62,533 nucleotides of DNA from an uncultured Candidatus Saccharibacteria bacterium (GCA_964584265.1 CAZOZI010000005.1:1-62533); one strand, 5' to 3'. Positions 46,301 to 57,612 are shown, numbered from the stretch's first letter. The notes: a model not told the origin generated them from the letters alone. Program-made: numbers and translations.

Positions 46301-48280
46301 TTATTGATGGATTAATTTTACGTTTGGTTCTCTAAGCCAAAGCCCAGTCGAGATACTTATTTGCCATGTCTGCATTGCATAATTCGTAGCTGTATAAACG
46401 ACATTGTAGGTTCCATTTATTCCGTAAGAAACATCATAGTATCCCGTTGAATCGGTCGGGAAGTAGTGTTTGCTGCCGTTTAGAGTGATAACAACATTGG
46501 CTTTAATGCCTTTGCTAGTAGCATTATCTGTGACAAATCCTTGTATATGAGACTGGCGTGTAGTTGCCGGCGTGCTTATTGTTTGAGTAGCTGATGCCAC
46601 AGAGAAGTTATCCGAAGCATCATAGGCTTTTACGTAATATTTATATTGTTTGGCTGCCGGCAGGCCAGTGTTACCAAAGCTGGTGGCTGGAGCCGATACT
46701 TTCGTAAGAAGTGTGCCGTTACGGTAAATAGCATAACCTACAACGCCAACATTGTCTGAAGCAGCACCCCAGGTTAGGTTTATCTGACCGTCACTTACTG
46801 CCGTAAGTGTAAGGTTTTGGGGGGCAGAAGGAGGCGTAGGATCGGCCGGCGAAGGTGTAGTAACATTTGCTGGGCTGGAATTAGGCGAAGCATTCTTAGC
46901 TGAATCGTAAGCTACTACATAATAACTGTACTGACTTTTACCTTGCGTAGTTGTATCGCTGTAACTGGTGACTGCTCCGAGCCGAGCAAGCAATACATTG
47001 TTTCGATAAATATAATATTGTGTCACACCAACGTTATCTGTCGCAGCCGTCCAGCTTAAGTCAACTTGTTTAGCCGATTTTGCCGCAGCTGCCAGATTTG
47101 TTGGGGCAACAGGAGGAGTTTTATCGCATGTGCCGGTGGTTTTTGCGGATACAACATTAGATTTAACTGATTCATTGGAATTCGCATCAACGGCACTTAC
47201 TTGATAATTGTAGCTTACACAAGGCGTCAAACCACTATCGTAGTAAGTTGTACCATTAGCGTAAGATTGTGTGGTAATTAATTTGCCATTGCGATAAATG
47301 TTATAGCCTGTGACCCCAAAATTGTCAGTAGCAGGTCGCCAGCCTGTATGCTGGATACCATCTAGAGTTGTATAATGACCACCAAGCGATACGGAACTAT
47401 CGGATACTGTAATTACCTCTAAGTTACTCGGCATTGTTGGCGGTGCAGTGTCGGTAATGATCGTCACTTGGTTGGAAGAAATAGAGCTTTGTTTAACTTC
47501 ATCTACAGCTTGAACTAAATATTTCACAGTTGTATTTTCGCTCAGAACTTTACTATCTGCTTCGCTATGAGTATTAGTTGTATCAGTAAACTTCAAGGGG
47601 AGAGACGCAGAAACGTGTCCTATTACATGAAGGTCACGGTAGATGTCATAGTGATCAACGTAGAAATCATCCGTTGAAGCATTCCAGGTCAAATCAACCG
47701 TTATTGGTTGAGAAACGGTGTGATGGAAAGTAGCAGCCACGCCGGTCGGTGCAGTTGGTGCGCTCGGGTCAGCGTCTGTGTGGGCAGTGATAATGACTGC
47801 GCCTGTTTCCGCCGTAGCTGTACACGGGTTATCAATTGCAATCGCGTCAGGTGATTTGTTGCCGGCCACATCAACTGCTTCAATATAATAAGTATGTGTG
47901 CTACTTGGCCATAAATCTCCAGGAGCTTTGTTAGTAGGACTATTCTTATCAACATACTTAGGTGAGGACGTTGCCGCCGCTGAACCCCTAAGACCGCCAT
48001 CCATATAAACATCATAATGATCGACTCCAACATTGTCGGTTGCAGCGTCCCAAGCTAAAGATATTTGTTGATCAGTGGTATCGCTGTCAGTGCCAAAACC
48101 GCTGCCTTGCGTACACCCATTGAGCCATCTGAAATTCTTAGGAGTGGACGGGGCGCTCGTATCAGCATTTAGCGCAAAACTTGATGCCAAGAAGATAATC
48201 CCGATGACAGCAAACACACCAATAAAAATAGCTGAACTACTTCGCCTAGCAACAATTTTTGCCATCTTCCTTATCCGCAT
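46301..48280 (-). CDS. Secreted multi-fibronectin type III protein
   Basis: About five W..ATDNVGV..Y.IYRN...Y.V.A.D repeats; C-terminal carboxypeptidase-regulatory-like domain; start may be 48265. Confidence 0.85.
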   Translation of the reverse strand: MRIRKMAKIVARRSSSAIFIGVFAVIGIIFLASSFALNADTSAPSTPKNFRWLNGCTQGSGFGTDSDTTDQQISLAWDAATDNVGVDHYDVYMDGGLRGSAAATSSPKYVDKNSPTNKAPGDLWPSSTHTYYIEAVDVAGNKSPDAIAIDNPCTATAETGAVIITAHTDADPSAPTAPTGVAATFHHTVSQPITVDLTWNASTDDFYVDHYDIYRDLHVIGHVSASLPLKFTDTTNTHSEADSKVLSENTTVKYLVQAVDEVKQSSISSNQVTIITDTAPPTMPSNLEVITVSDSSVSLGGHYTTLDGIQHTGWRPATDNFGVTGYNIYRNGKLITTQSYANGTTYYDSGLTPCVSYNYQVSAVDANSNESVKSNVVSAKTTGTCDKTPPVAPTNLAAAAKSAKQVDLSWTAATDNVGVTQYYIYRNNVLLARLGAVTSYSDTTTQGKSQYSYYVVAYDSAKNASPNSSPANVTTPSPADPTPPSAPQNLTLTAVSDGQINLTWGAASDNVGVVGYAIYRNGTLLTKVSAPATSFGNTGLPAAKQYKYYVKAYDASDNFSVASATQTISTPATTRQSHIQGFVTDNATSKGIKANVVITLNGSKHYFPTDSTGYYDVSYGINGTYNVVYTATNYAMQTWQISISTGLWLREPNVKLIHQ

Positions 48281-48538
48281 ATTTCTATTTTTTTGAAGCC
48301 GAACGAAATTTTAAACTTTCCTTAATAGAATGAATCATCAAACTGTTTATGTCAATCAAAAAACCAACAAAAAAACATGAGTAAAACAACATACCAAACC
48401 CTAAATAAAAAACGTCGCACAATAATACTAGTAGCTCTTTATTACTAGTACTAAATGGCCACTTATACATACACATACTATTTACCCATAAAAGGTGGCA
48501 TGCTAGGCTGATAGTAGGAAAAGAGGTCAAGACAAACA

Positions 48539-49294
48539 ATGAGCCACATTATTGCTGTTTTAAATCAAAAGGGGGGAGTCGGTAAGACCACGACTGCTAT
48601 AAACCTAGCAGCTTATCTAGCTAAAGCCGGTAAAACAGTATTGGTTGTTGATTTTGACCCGCAAGGTAATGCAACCAGCGGTATGGGCTTAGATAAACAA
48701 ACACTTGATAGCACAGTTTATGATGGACTGTTTCGCAGCGTTAAGACAGCCTCAATAATAAAAGAAACAAGCTTAACGAACGTGTTTATACTGCCAAGTA
48801 ATGCTAACCTGGCTGCTGCTGAAGTGGAACTTGCTCAACTAGAGGAGCGAGAGACTCATCTTAAACGCGTTTTAAGCGGAGCGGTATACGATTTTATTCT
48901 AATTGATTGCCCACCGGCGCTTGGTCTGCTAACTGTCAATGCTCTGACAGCTGCTAACTATGTGCTTATTCCTGTTCAGGCCGAATATTATGCTCTTGAA
49001 GGGCTTAGCCAATTGTTGAGCGTCATGCAACGGGTACAAAGAGGCCCAAACCCTAACCTGGAACTTCTTGGTGTGGTACTTACAATGTACGATTCGCGCA
49101 CAACTTTGGCAGAACAAGTTAAAGCTGAAGTCAATAAACACTTTGGTGACAAGGTCTTTACGGCCGTTGTCCCACGCAATATCCGTTTAGCCGAAGCACC
49201 CAGCCATGGCAAATCTATTTTGGAACACGACCGATGGAGCAAAGGTGCCCGTGCCTATAAGCAGCTTGCCAAAGAGCTTCTGGGCAAGGTATAA
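48539..49294 (+). CDS. parA: ParA/Soj ATPase
   Basis: NQKGGVGKTTT, DFDPQGNA, DCPP, LAEAPSHG. Confidence 0.95.
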   Translation: MSHIIAVLNQKGGVGKTTTAINLAAYLAKAGKTVLVVDFDPQGNATSGMGLDKQTLDSTVYDGLFRSVKTASIIKETSLTNVFILPSNANLAAAEVELAQLEERETHLKRVLSGAVYDFILIDCPPALGLLTVNALTAANYVLIPVQAEYYALEGLSQLLSVMQRVQRGPNPNLELLGVVLTMYDSRTTLAEQVKAEVNKHFGDKVFTAVVPRNIRLAEAPSHGKSILEHDRWSKGARAYKQLAKELLGKV

Positions 49295-49302
49295 CCTTAC
49301 TT

Positions 49303-50175
49303 ATGAGTACGCGTCCTAAGTCGGGTCTAGGCAGGGGTTTTGATGCATTGTTGCCGACGGATTTCGATCCCTCGGTCCTACTAGACAAAGAAGAACGGGT
49401 CCAAAAGGTGACTCTGCAAAATATACAGACCAATACTGAGCAACCAAGGAAGCAATTTGATACAGTAGCACTGCAAGAGTTGGCTAGTTCTATTAAGCGT
49501 TTTGGTATCTTACAGCCTATCGTAGTCAGACCGCTTGAGGGGGGTCGCTATGAAATCATTGCGGGCGAACGGCGTTTCCGGGCTGCTTCAGACATTGGGC
49601 TCAAAACTGTCCCTGTTATTGTGCGAAGCGATCAGGCACAAGAGCGTTTAGAGATTGCGTTGATTGAAAATGTGCAGCGAGTTGATCTATCCCCGCTGGA
49701 GCAAGCTGTGTCAATCGCACGATTACACGAGCAATTCAACTTGAGCTACAGCGACATTGCGAAGCGTCTTAGTAAAGCCGAAACAACTATCAGTAACATT
49801 GTTCGTCTCTTACAGCTGCCGCCGGGAGCTCAGAAAGCCCTTGAAGAAGGACGGATTAGTGAAGGACACGCCCGAGCAATCCTGGCCCTTAAAGGAGATG
49901 ATGCTCATCAACGACGTTTATTGGAGCTCATTGAAGGACAGGCTTGGTCTGTCCGACAGGCTGAACAGTACGTTGTGGCACTAAAACAGGGAGCCAAGAC
50001 ATCGGCAACTGCACAGAGCAAAACAAGTAACGAAACTCCCCAAACCCAAACCCTCGGCAAAAGGCTGGGTCGTAAAGTATCATTGAAGCGTACGGCGCGT
50101 GGTGGACGGCTTGAACTTCACTTCAAAAACGATTCAGACCTTGATGGGTTGATTAAACGACTCAACGAAGTATAG
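49303..50175 (+). CDS. parB: ParB/Spo0J
   Basis: GLGRG, QPR, IIAGERRFRA, ENVQR, GHARA. Confidence 0.95.
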   Translation: MSTRPKSGLGRGFDALLPTDFDPSVLLDKEERVQKVTLQNIQTNTEQPRKQFDTVALQELASSIKRFGILQPIVVRPLEGGRYEIIAGERRFRAASDIGLKTVPVIVRSDQAQERLEIALIENVQRVDLSPLEQAVSIARLHEQFNLSYSDIAKRLSKAETTISNIVRLLQLPPGAQKALEEGRISEGHARAILALKGDDAHQRRLLELIEGQAWSVRQAEQYVVALKQGAKTSATAQSKTSNETPQTQTLGKRLGRKVSLKRTARGGRLELHFKNDSDLDGLIKRLNEV

Positions 50176-50177
50176 AC

Positions 50178-50897
50178 TTAAAATTTCTTAAATTCGCTGA
50201 ATGGCAACATGCGAACACTGAGCTTACCGACAATATCATGAGCTGGAACGGTACCAAAACTACGTGAATCAAGTGAATTAGGACGATTGTCACCACAAAG
50301 AAAAACTTCGCCGGGTGGCACTGTTACGTCAACATCGCCCGGGGTAGTTACAATAACGCTGCCGTAAGATAGTGTTTTATCCGGCTGAAAGCCTCCAGGA
50401 TGCGCTTTGTTGTATACGGTGAGAATGCCATTGCTTACAACCACGCGCTCACCAGGCAAACCAATGACGCGTTTGATTAGCTGTTTGTCAGCTTGGCTTT
50501 CATCGAATAAGCCATGTTTTACGAACACAACAACATCGCCACGATTAGGAATGTAGTTATGGCGCGTAATTCTTGACCATGTTCTAGCTGTTTTGACCAC
50601 AATTAACCGGTCGTGGTTCTCAAGCGTTGTTTCCATGCTTGGACCATCAACTTCATAAGATTGAAACACAAAAGCGGTAAGCATTAACGCAATAATTGGC
50701 GCAGCTACTAAAATAGCAACTGTTGAAAGAATACTCTTAAGATTTTCTCTATTAGACGTTTGAGGCGACGATTCAGGTAAAATCGGCAATGGTCCGGATG
50801 CGGCATTGGGGGTAGACTGTCTATTGTCAGGGATCGTTGACGACGATTCATTTAGGGCAGTATTGGGTTCTTCTTGCATATATCTCTCTGTTATCAA
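50178..50897 (-). CDS. lepB: Signal peptidase I
   Basis: GPSMETTL, LIKRVIGLPG, GDNRPNSLDSR. Confidence 0.93.
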   Translation of the reverse strand: MITERYMQEEPNTALNESSSTIPDNRQSTPNAASGPLPILPESSPQTSNRENLKSILSTVAILVAAPIIALMLTAFVFQSYEVDGPSMETTLENHDRLIVVKTARTWSRITRHNYIPNRGDVVVFVKHGLFDESQADKQLIKRVIGLPGERVVVSNGILTVYNKAHPGGFQPDKTLSYGSVIVTTPGDVDVTVPPGEVFLCGDNRPNSLDSRSFGTVPAHDIVGKLSVRMLPFSEFKKF

Positions 50898-51022
50898 GTA
50901 CTTAACTATACCTTAGATTAATGCATTATGCACATGTTTATTATGCTTTACAAAGACCACTTTAGGCTCAATTCTAGGTTTACTTTCAAGCCCTCAGCAA
51001 GGTATACTGGCACATACTTGTT

Positions 51023-52636
51023 ATGGATAATTTGAGGAAACCTCAGCGGTCACATAAGCGAGCACCGCTAGACGGTATTATTAGACCTCGCCAAAACACA
51101 TCTCGTAACGCTGGCAGTATTAATTTTCGGACAACCGATGCACAAGTGCCGCAGCGGCCACTTGATGATTTTCGTCGTTCCGACGGCTTCCATTCAACTC
51201 CGCGTAGCACTATAGAACAACCCGCTCTAGCGGATCGACCACGTCACCCATTTACCCCCGGTGTAACACCTATGCCAGGAGCAAAACGGGCACAAAAAAA
51301 GCGCTCGTGGAAACGCTATGCTCTGCGCGGCGGGCTTGGCGTCTTTATAGTTGTGGCTCTGGTCAGTGGTTTTCTGGGGTGGAAAGTATTTCGCAATACT
51401 GGCAAGATATTCCAAGGCAGCGTTTTTGGGCTTTTTGATTCTACAAAATTAAAAGGTGAAGACACGGGTAGAGTTAACATACTGCTGACCGGCACCTCTG
51501 AAGATGATCCAGGTCACCCTGGCGCCTTGCTAACTGATTCCATCATGATTATAAGTCTGGATACGGTGAATCACAGTGCTTTTCTTATGAGCATACCGCG
51601 CGACTTATGGGTAAAATATGATACTAATCAGTGTTCTTTCGGTAATCAAGGAAAGATTAACGCAGTTTATGAATGCGGCGAGCAAGTGAAGTTTAAGCAG
51701 GATGGCTACCCTAATGGGGGCCTTGGTCTACTAGAAAAAGTAGTGGGCGAAGACTTTGGCATTAATATTAACTACTATGTAAAGATAAACTACACTGCTT
51801 TTCGCGATGCCGTAAATGCTGTTGGTGGGATTGATTTTAAAGTTCAAACTGATGATCCAAGAGGTCTATATGACGGTAACATTGCCAAGGCCGATGGCGG
51901 GCCCTTAAAACTAAGTAATGGCACACATCACTTAGATGGGCAAACAGCTCTTAACCTGGCCCGAGCGCGTTGCGATACTGTCTGTTATGGTTTTTCACGA
52001 GGGGATTTTGATCGTACAGAACATCAACGGCAGATGTTACTTGCCCTTAAGGATAAGGCTTTTTCAGTTGGCGTTCTAAGTAATCCTGCAAAAGTTAGTA
52101 GTCTATTAGATGCTATTGGCAACAATGTCAAAACCGATTTTAAGACTAACGAAATCCGTCGGCTATATGATCTAGGTAAGCAAACCCAAAACCAAAATAT
52201 TAAATCTATTGGTTTGGCTGACGATAGCGTACATCTTGTGACTACTGGACCGATTAATGGTGTAAGTGCTGTTAGACCGGTGGCAGGCTTATTTGACTAT
52301 TCACAGATTCAAGCTTTTGTAAAACGACTAATTAGTAATGATCCTGTGGCACGTGATGGTGCTACAGCTGTTGTCTTAAATGGTAGCGGTGTCAGTGGAC
52401 TGGCCAAAAAGAAAGCTGATGAATTAGCTGCCAAAGGAGTAACTATTGTAACGGTGGCCAACACCACGACAAAAGCGACAACTACCGTTGTAAGCCTCAA
52501 TGCTCAAAAAACCGTAACTAGTAACTATCTTGCTCAAAAATTCAATGTTACACCAACTACTGATACAGCGGCTTATCCAGAAGCTAAAAATTACAATGCA
52601 GACTTTGTCATTATTTTAGGCTCTGACGCAAAATAA
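51023..52636 (+). CDS. LCP (LytR-CpsA-Psr) family protein with C-terminal LytR_C domain
   Basis: TDSIM, SIPRDL, KINA, DFDRTEHQR; VVLNGSGVSGLA. Confidence 0.9.
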   Translation: MDNLRKPQRSHKRAPLDGIIRPRQNTSRNAGSINFRTTDAQVPQRPLDDFRRSDGFHSTPRSTIEQPALADRPRHPFTPGVTPMPGAKRAQKKRSWKRYALRGGLGVFIVVALVSGFLGWKVFRNTGKIFQGSVFGLFDSTKLKGEDTGRVNILLTGTSEDDPGHPGALLTDSIMIISLDTVNHSAFLMSIPRDLWVKYDTNQCSFGNQGKINAVYECGEQVKFKQDGYPNGGLGLLEKVVGEDFGININYYVKINYTAFRDAVNAVGGIDFKVQTDDPRGLYDGNIAKADGGPLKLSNGTHHLDGQTALNLARARCDTVCYGFSRGDFDRTEHQRQMLLALKDKAFSVGVLSNPAKVSSLLDAIGNNVKTDFKTNEIRRLYDLGKQTQNQNIKSIGLADDSVHLVTTGPINGVSAVRPVAGLFDYSQIQAFVKRLISNDPVARDGATAVVLNGSGVSGLAKKKADELAAKGVTIVTVANTTTKATTTVVSLNAQKTVTSNYLAQKFNVTPTTDTAAYPEAKNYNADFVIILGSDAK

Positions 52637-52777
52637 TATGATAAGCCGAACCTGTTTAGTTAACATAGAAAAAGTAGTTCCTTGTAACGCAAAGCTATAT
52701 AATACATGGTAAAGATGTGGCTAATGCGTCTCAGTAAATTTTTTCAGACTGACAACCTGCGACAGGAGGATCTCTAG

Positions 52778-53527
52778 ATGGCTTTCACCCTAGCTAGTAT
52801 AAAACCCAAAGGTGGCATATCACATATCTTGCATATTGGGCTCAATGCTTTGCTGCCGGCACTCCTCTTTATTTTAGTTCGTATAAATGTCGTGCAACTA
52901 GCACTGATTGTTATACTTTTGAGTAAATGGCGAATGTTCGCCGTAAAACCCCGGCATTGGCCAGCCAATATCCGGGCCAACGCGGTTGATCTCATTGTGA
53001 GTGTGTCCATACTAGTTTTTATGGCACATAGCGGCACGGCATTGTGGCAACTTGTTTGGGCAACGAGCTACGGAGTATGGTTGTTATCAATAAAACCTGG
53101 ATCAAACACGTTTATGATTTCTTTACAGGCACTCTTGGCACAACTGGTTGGTTTTATGGCACTTTTTCTTCGGTGGGGCGATATCTCAACGTTTGGGTTA
53201 ATTATCCTAAGTTGGGTGATAGCCTATTCAGCGGCCCGCCATTTCTTTAGTGCTTTTGACGAACCAATGATCCGTTTTCTGGCCTATTTATGGGGTTATT
53301 TTGCTGCGGCGCTGGTCTGGGTGCTCAGCCATTGGCTGCTTTTTTACGGTGTGCTGGCTCAGCCAACACTTCTTATTAGTGTGATTGGGTTTGGTCTAGG
53401 GACGCTATACTACCTTGAAAAGACTGATCGATTGAGTATTTTAGTGCGGCGTCAGCTCATTTTTGTGATGATTGCGGCGATTGTTATAGTTATCGCTTTT
53501 TCCGATTGGGGCGATAAAGCAATTTAA
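52778..53527 (+). CDS. Multi-pass membrane protein
   Basis: 249 aa, about eight hydrophobic segments. Confidence 0.75.
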   Translation: MAFTLASIKPKGGISHILHIGLNALLPALLFILVRINVVQLALIVILLSKWRMFAVKPRHWPANIRANAVDLIVSVSILVFMAHSGTALWQLVWATSYGVWLLSIKPGSNTFMISLQALLAQLVGFMALFLRWGDISTFGLIILSWVIAYSAARHFFSAFDEPMIRFLAYLWGYFAAALVWVLSHWLLFYGVLAQPTLLISVIGFGLGTLYYLEKTDRLSILVRRQLIFVMIAAIVIVIAFSDWGDKAI

Positions 53528-53552
53528 GGAATGTAAGAAAAGAGGGGGTGCA

Positions 53553-54743
53553 ATGGACACGGCCGAACAACCAAACTCAAATCCTATTAAAAAGACCAAA
53601 ACATCTATGCCTGATAGAACTAAGACATTAGGTGTCGCTTTTATGCTACTTATCAGCATAGCGGCTGGCTTCGTTGGCGGCTATTTTGGAGGTCGTAACC
53701 ACCCCAATCTGAGCTCCAACACCCAGGTGCAAAAAGAAGTAGTTGACAGCCAGAGCCAACTAATCAGTAGTATAGCCAAAAAAGTTGGCCCAAGCGTGGT
53801 ATCAATAGATGTAACCGGCCAAAATTCACAGACCGACGCGTTTGGCTTTTCCAGGTCGGTTCAACAACAAAGTGCCGGTACCGGTATTATCCTCAACAGC
53901 GACGGACTTATTATGACTAATCGTCATGTCGTGCCGGCTGGCACTGGCAGTGTGAGCGTTACACTTTCGGACGGTACAAAACTGGATAATGTAACGGTAG
54001 TTGGCCGTACCAATGACAGCGACCCATTAGACGTAGCGTTCTTGCAGATAAAGGATAAGAAAGGTAAAACACTGATTCCAGCGGTACTTGGTGACTCTGC
54101 CAAAATGCAGGTCGGTGATATGGTAGTGGCTATCGGTAATGCCTTGGGCCAATTCCAAAACACTGTTACGTCAGGAATAATTTCCGGTTATGGCAGAAGC
54201 GTTGAGGCAGGTGATCAAACTTCCAGCGAAACCTTACAAAACCTTTTCCAGACCGATGCTGCCATCAATCCAGGCAATTCCGGTGGTCCGTTAGTTAATT
54301 CCAACGGTGAAGTAATAGGCATGAATACGGCGGTTGCCGGCAGTGCGCAGAATATTGGCTTTGCTATACCCATTAATGATTTAAATGGTCTCATTAAAAG
54401 CGTCGAGAGCAGCGGAAAGCTAGTTAGACCATATCTGGGCGTACGTTATGTTTCATTAACGGATGACATCGCCAGCCAATTGGGACTGAGTACTAAAAGA
54501 GGTGCCTATATCACAAGCAGTAATGGGCAACCGGCCATCGTACCAGGTAGCCCCGCTGAAAAAGCCGGCTTGAAAGAAAAAGATATAATCACAAAAGTTA
54601 ATGGCACACCAGTTGATGAAAACCAGAGTCTTACCTCACTGTTAGGTACGCATAGCGTCGGTGACACAGTAACGCTAACTATTGTGCGCGATGGCAAAGA
54701 GCAGACAGTGAATGTTAAGTTGGAGGCTGCCCCGACGAGCTAA
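53553..54743 (+). CDS. htrA: HtrA/DegP-family serine protease with PDZ domain
   Basis: TNRHVV, QTDAAINPGNSGGPL, PYLGV, PAEKAGL. Confidence 0.93.
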   Translation: MDTAEQPNSNPIKKTKTSMPDRTKTLGVAFMLLISIAAGFVGGYFGGRNHPNLSSNTQVQKEVVDSQSQLISSIAKKVGPSVVSIDVTGQNSQTDAFGFSRSVQQQSAGTGIILNSDGLIMTNRHVVPAGTGSVSVTLSDGTKLDNVTVVGRTNDSDPLDVAFLQIKDKKGKTLIPAVLGDSAKMQVGDMVVAIGNALGQFQNTVTSGIISGYGRSVEAGDQTSSETLQNLFQTDAAINPGNSGGPLVNSNGEVIGMNTAVAGSAQNIGFAIPINDLNGLIKSVESSGKLVRPYLGVRYVSLTDDIASQLGLSTKRGAYITSSNGQPAIVPGSPAEKAGLKEKDIITKVNGTPVDENQSLTSLLGTHSVGDTVTLTIVRDGKEQTVNVKLEAAPTS

Positions 54744-54761
54744 TTGCTATTGCTTGCGCTG
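54742..54761 (+). repeat. Isolated motif copy (AATTGCTATTGCTTGCGCTG, 15/20)
   Basis: At the htrA stop, upstream of an ORFan; same orientation as the array copies. Confidence 0.5.
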
Positions 54762-54788
54762 CTGAAAGCTTACCTCTAAAATTAATGT

Positions 54789-55763
54789 GTGAGCTATGAA
54801 ACAGATACTGTACGTGCGCCTTATGCTGCTGATGAGGAAGTCCAGAGGCTAAGAGATTTATGGCGTCCTAGCATACAAGTCGAATACCAACCACTGGTAA
54901 CTGCCTTTGATCCAGTAACGTTAACAGCAACCGGACGTTCTGAAGATTATGATCCTGCTAAGCATTCTTTATGGCTACATAATCGTATGTATGTTATTCC
55001 ACCGGATATTGCCCAGCCATTGCTCGCTGAGCTAGATGAGCATGTTGACGGCTCCTTTTTTGATAATTTTCCTGGCTCCTGGGAAGATCGTGTGTTGCAT
55101 GGTGCCAAGCGATTTTTAAATCGTTTTGTAAGTAAAGCTGCTCTACGCCCTGCCAAGCAGGATAGTGTCGTAACAAGAGCGGATACCAATTTCACAGAAC
55201 CTTTTGCCACATTAGGCAGAAGAGAAACTCAAGAGTATCAACCTAGTATCAGCGTTGATGCGCCGGCGATGGAGCGAAACATTCCTAACCATGATCAAGA
55301 AATGCTACGGTTTGTAGGACCTGATGATCCTGATAGGTATCCAATCGCTGATCATTTTATGGAACCTCAGCCCCGAGAGGGTATTCTAGGATGGACAATT
55401 CCACGGTATAAAAAATTAGAAGAAGGCGTTACTTGGGCGGCTTCATTATTAAGAGCCAAGAACCATTTGGTAGAAGTGCACTGGTATGACATGCCTCGTG
55501 AGCGTTTGAGTTTTCGCTTCGAATATCCTCAATTAAGTAGAGATGGAGAAGAAATGCTGGATGATGCGCTGGTTAGCCTAGAGCCTATCATACCTGAGGG
55601 TACAGATTATGATGAGTTGTATGTCTACACTCCTATAAAACGTGAAGGAGATTTTTGGACTGAGCGTTGGGATGGTACAAACGAAGCTCGAGAAAGACTT
55701 AAAGCAGAACGAAAAGCTCTTCAGTCTCGCTATGAAGCAAATGTCGGTTTTTCACGTTGGTAG
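54789..55763 (+). CDS. Hypothetical acidic protein
   Basis: 324-aa ORF; TAAAAT 6 nt before GTG; 3' end overlaps prmC. Confidence 0.7.
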   Translation: MSYETDTVRAPYAADEEVQRLRDLWRPSIQVEYQPLVTAFDPVTLTATGRSEDYDPAKHSLWLHNRMYVIPPDIAQPLLAELDEHVDGSFFDNFPGSWEDRVLHGAKRFLNRFVSKAALRPAKQDSVVTRADTNFTEPFATLGRRETQEYQPSISVDAPAMERNIPNHDQEMLRFVGPDDPDRYPIADHFMEPQPREGILGWTIPRYKKLEEGVTWAASLLRAKNHLVEVHWYDMPRERLSFRFEYPQLSRDGEEMLDDALVSLEPIIPEGTDYDELYVYTPIKREGDFWTERWDGTNEARERLKAERKALQSRYEANVGFSRW

Positions 55764-56567
55764 AGTGTTCTTTTCGAAGACCTGTATAAAGTCATCTTCA
55801 GATTTCTGTAGGTAGTCGGACTTCTTGGCAATAGATTCTAATTCATCATGCTGAAAGGGTAGGGATTCGGTAAGCACGTATTGAACATGTTTTTTATCCC
55901 TAAGTTGGTCAAACAGCTTTCGGTACAATTCAAGCCCATCCGGCCCTCCAAATATGGCCATACGTGGTTCATTGAGTGCAGCACGGTTAATTTCATAAGA
56001 ATCAGGTACATAAGGTAGGTTAGCCATTAACACGTCATGACTAAGCTTACTTGCATTTAGAAGGTTTGATTTTGTAATCAAAATATCGCATTTTAAGCGT
56101 TGTTTATTTAATTTGCATATTTTGATAGCTGCCTGACTAAGCTCAAGCATTTCTACTGTTATTTTAGGTATCTCTATCTTGGCAGTAATGCCCAGTGCCC
56201 CCGAGCCGGCACCAACATCGCCCAATATAAACGGTTGTTTAATTTTCAACACTTTTAAGAGGTCAATCATTGTCTCTGATTCTGATCTAGGCTCGAGAAC
56301 GTCGGGGCTGACTAAAAAGTCACGTCCATAGAACTCCGTGTGACCGCGAACGTATGAAATTGGCACATGCATAGCTCGAGTGCCAATTTTAGTGTCTAAC
56401 CTATTTATTTGTGCAACCGTGAGTTCCAGCTCAGCGTGGGCAAGTAAGTGAGCACGATCTTTGCCAAGCTCGTCTTCCAGCAAAACCAATGTATCTAAAC
56501 GGGCGGTGCCAATGCCTGCCAGTTCTAATTTTTGAGTAGCTTTTTTAAGCCATACTTCAACTGTCAT
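55752..56567 (-). CDS. prmC: Release-factor glutamine methyltransferase
   Basis: [20 protein letters not shown]. Confidence 0.9.
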   Translation of the reverse strand: MTVEVWLKKATQKLELAGIGTARLDTLVLLEDELGKDRAHLLAHAELELTVAQINRLDTKIGTRAMHVPISYVRGHTEFYGRDFLVSPDVLEPRSESETMIDLLKVLKIKQPFILGDVGAGSGALGITAKIEIPKITVEMLELSQAAIKICKLNKQRLKCDILITKSNLLNASKLSHDVLMANLPYVPDSYEINRAALNEPRMAIFGGPDGLELYRKLFDQLRDKKHVQYVLTESLPFQHDELESIAKKSDYLQKSEDDFIQVFEKNTLPT

Positions 56568-57612
56568 GACTCAAAAGCTCATGCTCGTAGGCTAGTAGCT
56601 TTTCAATAATGTCGTCGATTTCGCCGCTTAAAGCTCCTGGTAGGTTGCTGCGAGTGTAACCTATGCGATGATCAGTGATCCGATCTTGGGGAAAATTGTA
56701 GGTGCGAATTTTCTCCGAACGGTCACCAGAGCCGATTAGTTTACGCTTGGCATCGGATAGCTGCTTAGCCTCTTCATCAATTTTCATTTGCAACAAGCGT
56801 GCTCTCAAAACGCTCATTGCTTTAGCTTTGTTTTTTATTTGTGATTTCTCATCCTGGTTGGCAACCACGATGCCGGTGGGCAAGTGAGTAATCCGCACAG
56901 CTGAATCGGTGGTATTGACTGACTGGCCGCCATGTCCGCTCGAACGGTACACATCCACTCTCAAATCTGCCGGCTTTATCTCAATATCCGATTCCTCGGC
57001 TTCGGGCAGGACAGCGACCGTTGCCGTACTGGTGTGAATGCGTCCCTGTGATTCTGTGACCGGAACTCGCTGCACACGGTGCACACCTGCTTCAAATTTG
57101 AGGTTCTTATAAGCATTTTCGCCATGAACTGCAAAAATAATCTCTTTAAAACCGCCGGCTTCGCTGGGGCTTTCGCTAATAAGTTCAACTTTATAGCTGT
57201 GTGTTTCGGCCCACCTAACGTACATTCTGTACAGTTCACCGGCAAAGAGACTTGACTCATCACCTCCGGCAGCAGCTCGGATTTCAATGAAACAATCGCG
57301 CTCATTATTTGGATCCTGCGGTGCAAGCTTCTCAAACAGTTTAGCTTCAACACCTTGTAGCTTGGCGTCTGTTTCATCCAATTCCTGTTGGGCCAGTTCT
57401 GCTAGTTCATCACCGCCCATAGAAAGCTCTTTAGCTTCCCCGTAGACAGTTTTAAGTTTTGCACGCTCATCATAGAGCGCTAGGGTTTCTTCGAGCTGAC
57501 TGAGACGTCTAGCTAATTTTGGGTATTCCTTAGAAGAAAAAATAGCAGGATCCCGCATTTTGCTTTGCAGGCCTTCGAGTTCTTTGCGTAATTCGTGCTC
57601 TTTGCCATCCAT
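56557..57612 (-). CDS. prfA: Peptide chain release factor 1
   Basis: [10 protein letters not shown] (PxT), [12 protein letters not shown]. Confidence 0.96.
   Translation of the reverse strand: MDGKEHELRKELEGLQSKMRDPAIFSSKEYPKLARRLSQLEETLALYDERAKLKTVYGEAKELSMGGDELAELAQQELDETDAKLQGVEAKLFEKLAPQDPNNERDCFIEIRAAAGGDESSLFAGELYRMYVRWAETHSYKVELISESPSEAGGFKEIIFAVHGENAYKNLKFEAGVHRVQRVPVTESQGRIHTSTATVAVLPEAEESDIEIKPADLRVDVYRSSGHGGQSVNTTDSAVRITHLPTGIVVANQDEKSQIKNKAKAMSVLRARLLQMKIDEEAKQLSDAKRKLIGSGDRSEKIRTYNFPQDRITDHRIGYTRSNLPGALSGEIDDIIEKLLAYEHELLSHDS

Noticed and set aside
48281-50175. parS site near parAB
   Set aside because: No TGTTTCACGTGAAACA-like palindrome was seen by eye.
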